From positions 96,001-160,000 of the forward strand of contig CAVPHD010000006.1 of assembly GCA_963704165.1 (NCBI GenBank): a stretch of 64,000 bases of DNA. The letters are read 5' to 3'. Below the pieces are notes generated by a model that ran no database searches, had not been told where the DNA came from, and saw only the letters and a program-made list of their open reading frames with translations. The translations under genes and the position numbers were made by a program. Each line of letters opens with the position of its first letter. Position 1 is the first letter of the stretch. This DNA comes from an uncultured delta proteobacterium (GTDB lineage: Bacteria > Myxococcota_A > UBA9160 > SZUA-336). Positions 40,392 to 50,339 of this stretch are shown here, piece after piece.

Positions 40392-41350
40392 CGCCGCGAG
40401 CTCCGGAGCGCAGACAGCCCGTCCGCGAAGAAGTCATAGAAATTGAACCACTGGTAGGGCGTCGCGAGAGCGTGCGCCTCGAGGCGCCGCACCCACTTCT
40501 CGACGACCTCGCCCGCGACTTTCTCTCGCTCTGCGCGCGGCACCGGCCCGCCCGCGAAGATCGGCTCGGTCACCGCGAAATAGCGCGCGTTGCCCGTCGC
40601 GGTACAGAGCGAGAGGAACATCGGCGCGCCGAGCACGACGCCGAGCAGGAAGACCGAGAGCGGAAACGCCGCGGGGCGACCGGCGAAGACCGTCTCGATC
40701 GGGCGTTCGCGTCCGCCGGGATGCACGCGATCGGCGAGGATGCCGACGAACTCCCCGCGCGCGAGACAGGCGCGGATCTCGAACGCGGTCTGCACGGAAC
40801 CGGGATCGAGGCGGAGTACGCGAACGCCGCTCTCGCCCCCGAGTGACGCGAAGAACGCGGTCACCTGCTCCGAACGATCGGTGTACATCAGCACGTTCAC
40901 GCGCAAGTCGTACTGCCGCGAGATCAACCGCAGCATGTCGAAGCTGCCGAGGTGCGCTCCGACGAGAATGCCGCCGCGCCCCTCCCGCGCGAGCGCGAGC
41001 AACGCTTCGCCACCGCGGTGGTCGATCGCGAACGCGTCGACCTCGCCCGCCCAGAGCACGATCCGGTCGCAGATGTTCTGCGCGAACGCGTGCATGTGAT
41101 GCAGGACCGCCCGCGCGCCCGGGCGCTTCCCCAGCGTCTCGCGCCCTCCGGGCGAATTCCAGACCGCCTCCAACCACTCCCGCGAGACGCGTCGCTCGAG
41201 CGGAGACGTGAGGAAGAAGTACAAAGCGATCGGCCAGAGGATCGCGCGCACGCAGCGACGGCCGAGCGTGCGGTACAGGAAACGAGCGAAGCGCAGCGCC
41301 TGGACGGTGCCGCGCTCGATTCGCCGCGCCCAGGCGGAGGGCTCGGTCAA
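40388..41350 (-). CDS. LpxL-like acyltransferase (ApeJ C-terminal half-like)
   Basis: W...ERG, AHLGSFD, ILADR, PYQWFNFYDF. Confidence 0.88.
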   Translation of the reverse strand: MTEPSAWARRIERGTVQALRFARFLYRTLGRRCVRAILWPIALYFFLTSPLERRVSREWLEAVWNSPGGRETLGKRPGARAVLHHMHAFAQNICDRIVLWAGEVDAFAIDHRGGEALLALAREGRGGILVGAHLGSFDMLRLISRQYDLRVNVLMYTDRSEQVTAFFASLGGESGVRVLRLDPGSVQTAFEIRACLARGEFVGILADRVHPGGRERPIETVFAGRPAAFPLSVFLLGVVLGAPMFLSLCTATGNARYFAVTEPIFAGGPVPRAEREKVAGEVVEKWVRRLEAHALATPYQWFNFYDFFADGLSALRSSRR

Positions 41351-42081
41351 CGCGGGCCTCGCCCGCGCAGCAGTCCGGGGGCCCGCGCGAGCATGCCCAG
41401 CCAGAGTCGCGCGTAGGTCGCGGCCATCGCGGGATAGTCGCGAACGATGTCGAAATGCGAGAGCCCGCCGCGCGGGTACAAGACGCGCACCGGCACGTTC
41501 GCGACCGGCGCCCCCGCCCAGACGCAGCGCACCGCGAACTCGGGATCGAACTCCATTCGCGGGCCGAGCGGAGCGGCGTCGAGCACACGCAGAGCGAGCG
41601 CGAGCGGCACCCCGCGCATTCCGCAGAGCGGATCGTGGATGGCGAGCGAGAGCGTGGCGAGCCAGACCGCGGCGCGAGAGAGCTGACGCGCCCAGATCCG
41701 CGCGCGCGGCGCGCTCGCGTCGAAGACCGGAAGCCCGAGCACGATCGCCTCGGGATCCTTCTGCATCGCCTCGAGGAACGCGGGCACGGCGAGCGGATCG
41801 TGCTGCCCGTCGGCGTCCATCTGAAGCGCGTGCGAGAAGCCCTCGGCCGCCGCGAGCCGGTAGCCCGCCTCGAGCGCGACGCCCTTGCCCGAGTTCCGCG
41901 GCAGCCTGTGTACGCGAACGAACGGGAGATCGCGCTCGATCCGGGCGAGCGCCTCCTGGGTCGCAAGCCCGCTGCCGTCGTCGATCACAAAACACCGAAG
42001 TGCGTACGGTGCGAGCGACTCGAGCACGCCGCGCAGCGGTGCGCCGTGGTCGAAGCACGGAATCAGCAGGCAGGCCTTCAC
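41347..42081 (-). CDS. GT2 glycosyltransferase (ApeJ N-terminal half-like)
   Basis: IPCFDH, DDGS, N.GKG, DADGQH, D..CG.R, RMEFDPE, SHF. Confidence 0.9.
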   Translation of the reverse strand: MKACLLIPCFDHGAPLRGVLESLAPYALRCFVIDDGSGLATQEALARIERDLPFVRVHRLPRNSGKGVALEAGYRLAAAEGFSHALQMDADGQHDPLAVPAFLEAMQKDPEAIVLGLPVFDASAPRARIWARQLSRAAVWLATLSLAIHDPLCGMRGVPLALALRVLDAAPLGPRMEFDPEFAVRCVWAGAPVANVPVRVLYPRGGLSHFDIVRDYPAMAATYARLWLGMLARAPGLLRGRGPR

Positions 42082-43910
42082 GAAGCGGACTCGTCGTCGG
42101 TCGCGAGCTGCGCGCGGCCGGTGCAAAAGACGCGCCCCTCGCTGCCGAGCTCGAAGCGCAGCCGGTCGCGCGAAGCCGAGAGTTCGAGCGAGAGCCGGAA
42201 GCGCTGTCCGGGTGCGAGCACGTCGCGAAAGCGCAGGCCAAGGAGCGCGCGCACGCGCGGCATCTCGCCGATCAGCTCCGCGGCCGCGAGCATCACCCAG
42301 TGCAGCTGGACCACGCCGGCGACGATCGGCTGGCCCGGGAAGTGGCCCTCGAGGAAAGCGAGGTCCGCGGGCACCCGAAGCTCGCGCGAGAGCGAATCGG
42401 CCGTGCGCTGCTCCGAGAGCACGATCGGCGCGAGCACCGGCGCGCGTTCGTTTCCAGGCTCGAGCTGCTCGAGCAGCTCGAGAAGCGAAGCGTGTGGAAC
42501 CTTCCCCTGCCGGTCGCGCGGCAGATCGGGGACGTAGCGCCAGACGCGCGGCAGCAGCACCCGGTCCCAGTGGGAAGCCAGGTGCTCCGACAGCGCGGCC
42601 CCGAGCGCGCGTCGGCCCCGTGCCGAAAGGGCGGCGGCGCCCGCATCGGTGAGCGCGACGACCGCGCCCACGCGCGCGTCTCCGAGCAGCTCGAAGACCG
42701 CGAGCGCGGCGTCGGCCACGAACGGATGACCGAGCAGGGCACTCTCCATCTCGGGAAGCGCGAGCCGCTTCTCGCCGATCTTCGCGATCCGATCGGCGCG
42801 GCCGAGCAGCCGGAAGCGCCCGTCGCCGAGCAGCTCCGCGCGATCTCCCATCCGCGTTTGCACCACGTCGTCCCTCTCCGCCGACGCCAATCCGAGACTC
42901 GCGTACGGGGAGCGTACCACCAGTTGCCCCTCGTGCCCGGGATCGGAGGCGAGCTCGAGCTCCACATCCGGGAACGCACGGAACTCATCGTCGCGACTCG
43001 CGTTGCCCCGGGTACGCCAGGCGACTCCACCGGTCTCCGTCGAGCCGAAGATCTCGATCGGCGCGTGACCGAGCACGTCGGCGATCCCTCGCGCGACCGG
43101 CTCGTCGAGCGGCCCGCCCGAAGAGAAGATCACGCGCGCTGCGCGCCGCAGCCCCGGCAACTCGGCATCCGCGCGCATCCGCCGCAGATGCACGGGCGTG
43201 GTCGCGAGCGCGAATCCCGCGGTCTCGCGCATGCGCGGAAAGAGCTCCTCCGAGTGCAGGTACGTCTCGCTGCAGAACGGACGGCCCGCGGCGAGCGGCC
43301 AGAGCAGGCGGATCAGGAGTCCGTACAGGTGTTGATGGGAGACGGTTGCGAAGATCCGCGCACCGTCGCCGAATCTCGGACCGAACAGGTCTTCGAGTGC
43401 CGCGACCTCGCGATCGAGGTGGCGAAGCGCCTTCGGCACGGCCTTGCCGGGCCCGGTGCTCCCCGAGGTCGAGAGCTCGGCGATCGCGAGCTCGGGATCG
43501 AGCGAGCCGAAGCCCGCGCCGGGACGCGGCACGACGTCGAGAGGCGCGATGCGCGGCAGGCGCGAGAGCTCGGCCGTCGCGACGCTCGCATCGACCAGCG
43601 CGCCGTCCACACCCGCGGCGAGCGAAGCGAGCGTCCCGGGCTGGCGATTGGGCGCGAGCAGCGCCGTCGCGCCGCTTTGGGCCAGCGCGAAGAACGCCAC
43701 CGCGAACGCGTAGCTGTCCTCGGTGTAGACGAGAAAGCGCGAGCCGCGGAGTTCGCGAAGCGCGTCGGCGACCGCGCGGACGCGGCCGGAGAAATCGGCG
43801 AAATCGCGCGTGCCATCGCGCGAGAACGCGACGATCGCGTCCGGCGCGCGGCCCACGCGCAAGAGCTCCGTGAGCGGCACGAAGTGCGGCGCGTCGGCTT
43901 CCGGCGGCAA
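42078..43910 (-). CDS. AMP-dependent acyl-ACP ligase fused to a hotdog dehydratase (ApeH-ApeI-like)
   Basis: TSGSTGPGK, HQHLYGL, GSTETGG, GRADRIAK..EKR, QGK; C-terminal GHFPGQPIVAGVVQ. Confidence 0.9.
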   Translation of the reverse strand: MPPEADAPHFVPLTELLRVGRAPDAIVAFSRDGTRDFADFSGRVRAVADALRELRGSRFLVYTEDSYAFAVAFFALAQSGATALLAPNRQPGTLASLAAGVDGALVDASVATAELSRLPRIAPLDVVPRPGAGFGSLDPELAIAELSTSGSTGPGKAVPKALRHLDREVAALEDLFGPRFGDGARIFATVSHQHLYGLLIRLLWPLAAGRPFCSETYLHSEELFPRMRETAGFALATTPVHLRRMRADAELPGLRRAARVIFSSGGPLDEPVARGIADVLGHAPIEIFGSTETGGVAWRTRGNASRDDEFRAFPDVELELASDPGHEGQLVVRSPYASLGLASAERDDVVQTRMGDRAELLGDGRFRLLGRADRIAKIGEKRLALPEMESALLGHPFVADAALAVFELLGDARVGAVVALTDAGAAALSARGRRALGAALSEHLASHWDRVLLPRVWRYVPDLPRDRQGKVPHASLLELLEQLEPGNERAPVLAPIVLSEQRTADSLSRELRVPADLAFLEGHFPGQPIVAGVVQLHWVMLAAAELIGEMPRVRALLGLRFRDVLAPGQRFRLSLELSASRDRLRFELGSEGRVFCTGRAQLATDDESAS

Positions 43911-43921
43911 AGCTCGAAACC

Positions 43922-44190
43922 TCAGCCGGTCTTCTCGACCGCGTTCATCCGCGCGGAGATCACCGCCACGATCTGGTCCATCGACCGCATCCGCTCGATC
44001 TCGTCGTCGGTCAGCGCGAGCCCGAGCTCTTCCTCGACCCAGCCGGCGCAGCGGCGACGGCGTCGAGGCTGTCGAGGTCGAGATCCGCCTCGAGATCGGT
44101 CTGCATCGAGACCGAATCGGCCTCGACGTCGAATTCGCGCACGAGGATTCCGACCACGCGAGAGAAGATCTCCGGGTTCGAAAGCGACAT
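43922..44190 (-). CDS. Acyl carrier protein (ApeF-like); 1-nt frameshift near 44050; absent from the ORF track
   Basis: MSLSNPEIFSRVVGILVREFDV...DLDLDSLDAV then GWVEEELGLALTDDEIERMRSMDQIV..stop; 269 nt. Confidence 0.85.
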
Positions 44191-44210
44191 CGCTGCCTCT
44201 CCTTGCGCGC

Positions 44211-44480
44211 TCAGGCGGCGCGCTGCGAGCTGACGAAATCCGCCAGGCTCTTCACCGAGGCGAAGATCCGGCGGTTCTCCTCGGGATCGTCCTCGATCTT
44301 GACCCCGTACCGCTCTTCGAGCGCCATCGCGAGCTCGAGCGCATCGATCGAGTCGAGTCCGAGCCCCTCGACGAAGAGCGGCGCGTCGGTCTCGATCTCT
44401 TCCGGAGCGATGTCCTCGAGCACGAGCGCCTCGACGATCAGCTTCTTCAGATCCGCCTCGAGTCCCTCACCTGGATTCAT
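44211..44480 (-). CDS. Acyl carrier protein (ApeE-like)
   Basis: PLFVEGLGLDSIDALEL, FASV.SLA. Confidence 0.95.
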   Translation of the reverse strand: MNPGEGLEADLKKLIVEALVLEDIAPEEIETDAPLFVEGLGLDSIDALELAMALEERYGVKIEDDPEENRRIFASVKSLADFVSSQRAA

Positions 44481-45246
44481 CGAAACCCCCTTTCGCGAGC
44501 CGCGCGCGCAGCGCCGCCGTCAGCTTCCGCGCGGCCATCACGGACGACTCCGTACCGTCGAGGTACTCCTTCGCGACGATCGGATCCCCGACCCGGAAGG
44601 TCCAGCGGGGAGGCCGTGGGGGAACGTCATACCACTTCTGCCCCTTCATCAGCGAGGGCGGATCGACGTCGATCCGGACCGGGATCATGTCGAGGCCGCT
44701 CTCGAGCGCGATGTGGGCCGCGCCACGGTAGAAGTGCCCGAGCCCACCCTCGGGCGAGCGCGTGCCCTCGGGAAAGATCAGCAGCGTCCGATCCGCTTCG
44801 AGGCAGCGGACCGCCGAGCTCACGACGCCGGCACCCGCGTCGTTTCGGATGTACTCGGCCTCGCGAACGGCCCCGCGCAGCCAGAAATTCTCGGCGTAGT
44901 CTCGCCCGACCACGCAGTCGGCTTGAGGCAGGTTGGAGACGATCAGCAGCGTGTCGATCAGCGACGGATGATTCGCGACGATGATCTTGCGTCCCGGTCG
45001 GGTCAGTCGCTCGAGACCGATCCAGCGCACCTCCGTCAGCCCGAGCCCGACCATGAGGCGGGCGTGGATGCGGTAGGCGCGGTGAATGGCCCGCTGCGCG
45101 CGCCGCCAACGCTCCGGAGTGGATCGGTCCCAGAGCGTACGGAACGGCAGCCAGACCGCGCCGAGCCAGTAGCTGAACGACCCGAGCGCCGCGAACGCGA
45201 TGCCGGTTCGCAGCGCTCGCCACGCCGTCGAGGTCCGCGTGGGCAT
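44467..45246 (-). CDS. PlsC-family acyltransferase (ApeD-like)
   Basis: NHPSLID, FPEGTRS, RGAA.IA, L.KG.KWY.VP. Confidence 0.92.
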   Translation of the reverse strand: MPTRTSTAWRALRTGIAFAALGSFSYWLGAVWLPFRTLWDRSTPERWRRAQRAIHRAYRIHARLMVGLGLTEVRWIGLERLTRPGRKIIVANHPSLIDTLLIVSNLPQADCVVGRDYAENFWLRGAVREAEYIRNDAGAGVVSSAVRCLEADRTLLIFPEGTRSPEGGLGHFYRGAAHIALESGLDMIPVRIDVDPPSLMKGQKWYDVPPRPPRWTFRVGDPIVAKEYLDGTESSVMAARKLTAALRARLAKGGFDESR

Positions 45247-45403
45247 CCGGTCTACGTGCCCCCCAAGTGTTCGTTTCCGCAGTCCGTCGACGAGTCTACC
45301 ACCGGGTTTCGCGCGGTGTAAACGAGCGCCGCTCCACGAGAACCCGCCGACCGCCCGGATCGCAGGCTAGCGCGGGACGCGTGCTTTGTTTAGACCTGCG
45401 CGC

Positions 45404-46036
45404 ATGAGGGCGCTGCTTCTCTCGCTCCTCGCCGCTCTCGCACTCGGCGCCGAGACACCGACACCTGCGGGCGCGCTCACGCTCGACGAGATGCTCCGGC
45501 ACATGGCGACGACGCCCGGCGTCGTGGCCGAGTTCCGCGAGCTGAAGCGGCTCGCGCTGCTCGACGCCCCGATCGAGACGCGCGGCACGCTCTACTTCGC
45601 TCCGCCCGACCGACTCGCGCGCGTGACCCGCACGCCCGCCGCGACGCGGCTCCTGCTCGTCGGCGACCGGATGCGTTTCGAGGACGAGACCGGCACGAGC
45701 GAGGTCGATCTCTCGGCCAATCCGGTCGCACGGCAGTTCGCACACAACCTGATCGTGCTCTGGCGCGGCGACCGACTCGCGCTCGAATCGCTCTACCGGC
45801 TCGTCTTCGAGGCGGACGGCGCGCGTTGGACGCTGGTCCTGTCGCCGAAGTCGGCACCGCTTCGCGACTTCGTCCGCTCGATCCGGATCGCGGGCGACGG
45901 AGCGGCGATCGTCGACATGGAGCTCGTCGAGACCGACGGCGACAGCACGCATACGCTCTTCGAGAAGAGCGACGTCCTGCACACCTTCGGCGCCGAGGAA
46001 GAACTCGCGATCTTCGGGCCGCGGACGCAGCCTTGA
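45404..46036 (+). CDS. LolA-like periplasmic carrier (ApeL-like)
   Basis: Signal peptide; F.E.K.L..L..P....G, W.L.L.PK, E.DGD.T; directly upstream of MMPL. Confidence 0.85.
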   Translation: MRALLLSLLAALALGAETPTPAGALTLDEMLRHMATTPGVVAEFRELKRLALLDAPIETRGTLYFAPPDRLARVTRTPAATRLLLVGDRMRFEDETGTSEVDLSANPVARQFAHNLIVLWRGDRLALESLYRLVFEADGARWTLVLSPKSAPLRDFVRSIRIAGDGAAIVDMELVETDGDSTHTLFEKSDVLHTFGAEEELAIFGPRTQP

Positions 46037-48399
46037 GCCGGCGAGCGCGGCTCGCGGCTTGGGCCGTGCTCGGCGTCGCGCTCCTCGTCTACAGCGCGAG
46101 CCGGATCACCTTCGCGACCGACATCACCAACTTCATGCCCGACGGACGCGGCGCGGAGCTGGCGCAGATCTCGCGTGAACTGGTGCAGAGCGATCTCGCG
46201 CGCACGATGGTGCTGACGATCGGCGCGAACGTTCCCGCGAACGCGGTCGCGGCGGCGAAGCAGATGGCGGCGTCGCTTCGAACCCACCCCGAGGTCGCGT
46301 GGCTGCGCACGGGTGTCGATTCGGAGCTGCAGGAACAGCTCTATCGGCTCTACTTCCCGCGCCGTTTCTACTTCGTCTCGGACGATCCCGAGCACGACCT
46401 ATCGGCGCGGCTCTCGAACCCGGGGCTGCGCGCGGAAGCCGAGTCGCTGCGGCGAAGTCTCGCGCTGCCGATCTCGCCGCTGCTCGAGCGCATCGCGCCC
46501 GCGGACCCGCTGGGCGCATTCCGCCGGCTTCTGGAGCGCATGCAGTCGGGCGAGCCGCCGCTCGCGACCCGCGACGGCGTCTTCACCACGCGCGACGGCG
46601 CATTCGCGGTGATCCTGCTCGCCACCAAGCGATCGGCCTTCGACACGGTCGCGCAGGGGCCGCTGCTCGCGGCCATCCGCCGCGATTTCGAGGAGGCGCG
46701 CGCGCGCCTCGGTCCGGACCTGCTCCTCGAGCAGAGCGGCGCGAACCGCTTCGCACTCGACGCCGAGACGAAGCTGCGCGCGGACGCGTCGATGATCTCG
46801 CTGCTCTCGCTCGCCGGAGTGGCGCTGCTCTCGTGGCTGTTCTTCCGTTCGCTCCTCGCGCTGGGTCTCGCGCTCGCCCCGGTCGTGGTCGGACTCTCCA
46901 TCGCGATGGCCGCGGGGCTCGCGATCTTCGGCCGCCTCGACGGCACCACGATCGGCTTCGGAGCGTCGCTGATCGGTGTCACGATCGACTACCCGATCCA
47001 CTTCCTGATCCTGCGCGGTCTCTCGACGCACGCCGAATCCGCCCGGGCGCTGGCACGACGGCTCTCGGGATCGCTCTCGCTCGCGGCGCTGACCACGATC
47101 GCGAGCTTCGCCGGCCTCGCGATCACGTCGTTTCGCGGGTTCCGGGAGCTCGGAGTCTTCGCGGGACTCGGCGTCGCGGGCGCTCTCGCCGCATCGCTCT
47201 TCCTGCTGCCGGATCTCGTCCCGAACCGACGGTCGGTGCCGCCGGTATCGGCTCGGCTCGCGGAGAGCTTCCTGGTGTGGATCTCGCGGCTTCGAAGTCA
47301 TCGCCGGGCGCTCGCGCTCGTGCCGTTCGCCGTGATCGCGCTCGGCGCGTACGCGCTGCCCGGGCTCTCGTGGAACGACGACCTCTCGAACCTCGGGCAG
47401 CCCGATCCCGAACTGCGCGCGGAGGAAGCGCGCGTGCGCGCGCGCGTCTCGAGCTTCGACGGCGGGCGTTTCGTGATCACGCTCGCCGACGCGGCCGACG
47501 TCGCGCTCGAGCGCAACGAGGTCGTCCACGCGCGGCTCGAGGCGCTCGTCGAGCGCGGCGACCTCGGCGGAATGCGCTCGCTTCACGATCTGCTCTGGTC
47601 GCCGGAGCTGCAGCGGCGGAACATTGAAGCGCTCCGATCGAGCCCCGACCTCGCGTCGCGAATCGAGACCGAGTTCCACCGCGCTGGATTCCGGTCGGGC
47701 ACCTTCGCAGCCTTCGCACGGGAGCTCGACGCGGCGCCGGGGCCGCTCACCCTTTCGGAGCTGCGCGATTCGCCGCTCGGCCCGCTCGTCTCGACGCTCG
47801 TGCTCGATCTCGAGGGGCGGACGGCGGTGATCACCTACCTGCGCGACGTGCGCGATCCGGAGCGGATCCGCTCGGCGCTCGCCGGTCTTCCGGACGTGCA
47901 CTTCTTCGAGCAGGGCACGTTCCTGAACCAGATCGCGGCCGAGTTCCGGACCCGCACGCTGCTGCAGATCGTGTTCGGAAGCGCCTGCGTGCTGCTGATC
48001 CTCTTCGCGCGCTACCGCGACTGGCGGCGGGCCTTCGCCGCCTTCCTACCGGCCCTGCTGACGGCCGTCCTGGTCTTGTCCGTGTTCGCGCTGACGGGCA
48101 CGCAGACGAACCTGCTCCACGCCGTGAGTCTGCTCATCGTGATGGGCATGGGCGTGGACTACGGGATCTTCGTCGTCGATGGCGGAACGCGGCGCGACGA
48201 GCTCGGCGCGACGCTCGTCTCGTGTCTGGTCTGTTGCCTGACGACGCTGCTCGGATTCGGCGCGCTCGCGCTCTCGAGCCACCCGGCGCTGCGCGCGATC
48301 GGCCTGACGACGGGATTCGGAATCGCTCTCTCCCTCCTGCTCGCACCGCTGTCGCTGCTCGCGCTCCGTGCGGATGTGGACGCGGTTCGCGATGCGTAG
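46033..48399 (+). CDS. MMPL/RND-type exporter (ApeM-like)
   Basis: Two TM bundles with FGASLIGVTIDY..H and GMGVDYGIF; TT.LGFG.LA.S. Confidence 0.92.
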   Translation: MSRRARLAAWAVLGVALLVYSASRITFATDITNFMPDGRGAELAQISRELVQSDLARTMVLTIGANVPANAVAAAKQMAASLRTHPEVAWLRTGVDSELQEQLYRLYFPRRFYFVSDDPEHDLSARLSNPGLRAEAESLRRSLALPISPLLERIAPADPLGAFRRLLERMQSGEPPLATRDGVFTTRDGAFAVILLATKRSAFDTVAQGPLLAAIRRDFEEARARLGPDLLLEQSGANRFALDAETKLRADASMISLLSLAGVALLSWLFFRSLLALGLALAPVVVGLSIAMAAGLAIFGRLDGTTIGFGASLIGVTIDYPIHFLILRGLSTHAESARALARRLSGSLSLAALTTIASFAGLAITSFRGFRELGVFAGLGVAGALAASLFLLPDLVPNRRSVPPVSARLAESFLVWISRLRSHRRALALVPFAVIALGAYALPGLSWNDDLSNLGQPDPELRAEEARVRARVSSFDGGRFVITLADAADVALERNEVVHARLEALVERGDLGGMRSLHDLLWSPELQRRNIEALRSSPDLASRIETEFHRAGFRSGTFAAFARELDAAPGPLTLSELRDSPLGPLVSTLVLDLEGRTAVITYLRDVRDPERIRSALAGLPDVHFFEQGTFLNQIAAEFRTRTLLQIVFGSACVLLILFARYRDWRRAFAAFLPALLTAVLVLSVFALTGTQTNLLHAVSLLIVMGMGVDYGIFVVDGGTRRDELGATLVSCLVCCLTTLLGFGALALSSHPALRAIGLTTGFGIALSLLLAPLSLLALRADVDAVRDA

Positions 48400-48886
48400 C
48401 GCCGTCGCGCTCACGCTCTTTGCGCTGCTGGGTTGCCGGCACCTGCCGCTGCCGCTGCCGCGGATCGCCGAGTGCCCCGGCAGCCTCGTGCCCACGCAGG
48501 AGATCGCCGGGGACTGGCGAATCCACGAACGCATCCGGGTGCGCGGCGAGCGCGTGGACGAAGCCTACGGCCTGGTCGTCGAGAAGACCGGCGACCGGCT
48601 CGTCCTGGTCGGGCTCACGCCCTTCGGCGCGACGGCCTTCTCGCTCTCGCAGATCGGGGTCGAGGTGGAGAGCGCGTCCAAGCTCGGCCGCGCCCTGCCC
48701 GTACCTCCCGAGAACGTGCTCCGAGATTTCCATCGCGCGCACTTCCTCGCGCCCGACGACTCCGGGTTCGAAGGTCGCCTCGTTCGCCGCGACGCGGACG
48801 GAACGGTGCACATCACGAGCGCGCGCTGCGGCTACCAGTCCACGCTCGTCCCCGTCGGACGCGACCCGATTCCGAAGACGCGCTAG
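48392..48886 (+). CDS. Lipoprotein, DUF3261/ApeN-like
   Basis: Lipobox LLGC; L.LVGLTPFG...F; P..VL.D; last gene of the export unit. Confidence 0.7.
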   Translation: MRSAVALTLFALLGCRHLPLPLPRIAECPGSLVPTQEIAGDWRIHERIRVRGERVDEAYGLVVEKTGDRLVLVGLTPFGATAFSLSQIGVEVESASKLGRALPVPPENVLRDFHRAHFLAPDDSGFEGRLVRRDADGTVHITSARCGYQSTLVPVGRDPIPKTR

Positions 48887-50339
48887 CCGTCGCCTTCGCG
48901 GCGCGCGAGCTTGCCGGTCACCGTCTCGGGAAGCGACTCGACGACGCGGAACTCGCGCGGGATCTTGTACGCGGGCAGGTGTTCGCGGCAGTGCGCCTTC
49001 AACTCGGCGGGAGTCGGCGAACGGGCGGGATCGGCCGGCTCGAGCTCCGCGACGGGGATCTCGCCGAGGTGCGCGTGCTCGCGCGGGGTGACGCGGCTCC
49101 GGCGCACGAGCGGGTGCGCGTCGAGAATCGCCTCGACCTCCTCGCTGAAGAACTTCATGCCCGCCATGTTGATGCGGTTCGCGCGCCGCCCGACGAGAAA
49201 CAGATCGCCGTCGGAATCGAAATAGCCCTGGTCGCCGGTGCGGAAGCCGTCGGGCACGAGCACCTCGCGCGCGGGCGTCCACGGATCGAGATAGGCGTCG
49301 AAGCTGCCGGGTCCGCGAATGCAGATCTCGCCGGTCTTCTCGGGTGAGGTCGGTGGCGCCACCGGCGCTCCGTCCTCGCCGCGCAGCCAGACCTGGTAGT
49401 CGGGAAGCGGCCGTCCGAGCGCGCCGGGCTTCGACGCGGCACTCGCCGCGTTCAAGACCGGCAGTCCGACCTCGATGATGCCGAGCGCCTGCGCGACGGG
49501 TCGGCCGAAGCGCGTCGCGAACGCGCGCGCGATCTCGGGCCGCAGCCCCTCGGCGGTCGAGATCGCGAGGCGGACGTCGGAGAGCTGCACGCCCGACGCG
49601 TCCTTCGCGAGCAGGTTCATGTGGTACGGCGAGGCGTAGAGCAGCGTCGCGCGTTCGCCCGAGGCGAGCTCGAGGATCGACTTCGCAAGCGATCCGGCCG
49701 GCAGCAGGATCGAGGCGCCGAAGCGCAGGTAGAGCAGGATCGACACCACGAAGTGATGCGCCATCGGCAGCAGCCAGAGGATCCGATCCGCGGGGCCGAT
49801 GCCGAGGCCGCGGTTCGCGGCTTCGAGCCGCGCGAGGATCGCGGCGTGACCGAGGATCACGCCCTTGCGGCGGCTCGTCGTGCCCGAGGTGAAGCGCAGA
49901 TAGGCGGGATCGAGCGCTCCGAAGTCGCGATCGGCAGTTGCCATCGACGGGTCGCGCCTGCGGACGGGCGACGATGTCGAATCCCGGTGCCGCGTCTCGC
50001 TCGATCACGATGAAATGCAGCTGCGCGCGCTCCGCGAACGCCTCGAGCACCGCGCCGGTGTGGTCGTCGGCGATCGGCACGAGGCACGCGCGGCAGGCCA
50101 GGATGGCGAGAGCGAGCTCGACGAAGCCCGCGCCCTGGCGCGCGACCAGCCCGACGCGAAGCGCGCGTCCGATCCCGGCCGCGCGAAGCGCCGACGCGAG
50201 CGAGTCCACGCGCGTCACGAGCTCGCGATAGGAGATGCGTCTCGGCTTCGCGCCTGTCGTCGCCCGCGACGACGAGCGCAGGGCCATCCGGCGTGCGCTC
50301 GGCATGCGCGCGAATTCGATCGAGGACGGTCTCGTTCAC
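48883..50339 (-). CDS. Class I adenylate-forming acyl ligase; frameshifts at 49940-50260
   Basis: VNETVLDRIRAHA start; FTSGTT..RKG, RTGDQG, GRR..RIN, YKIPR, TGKL. Confidence 0.85.
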
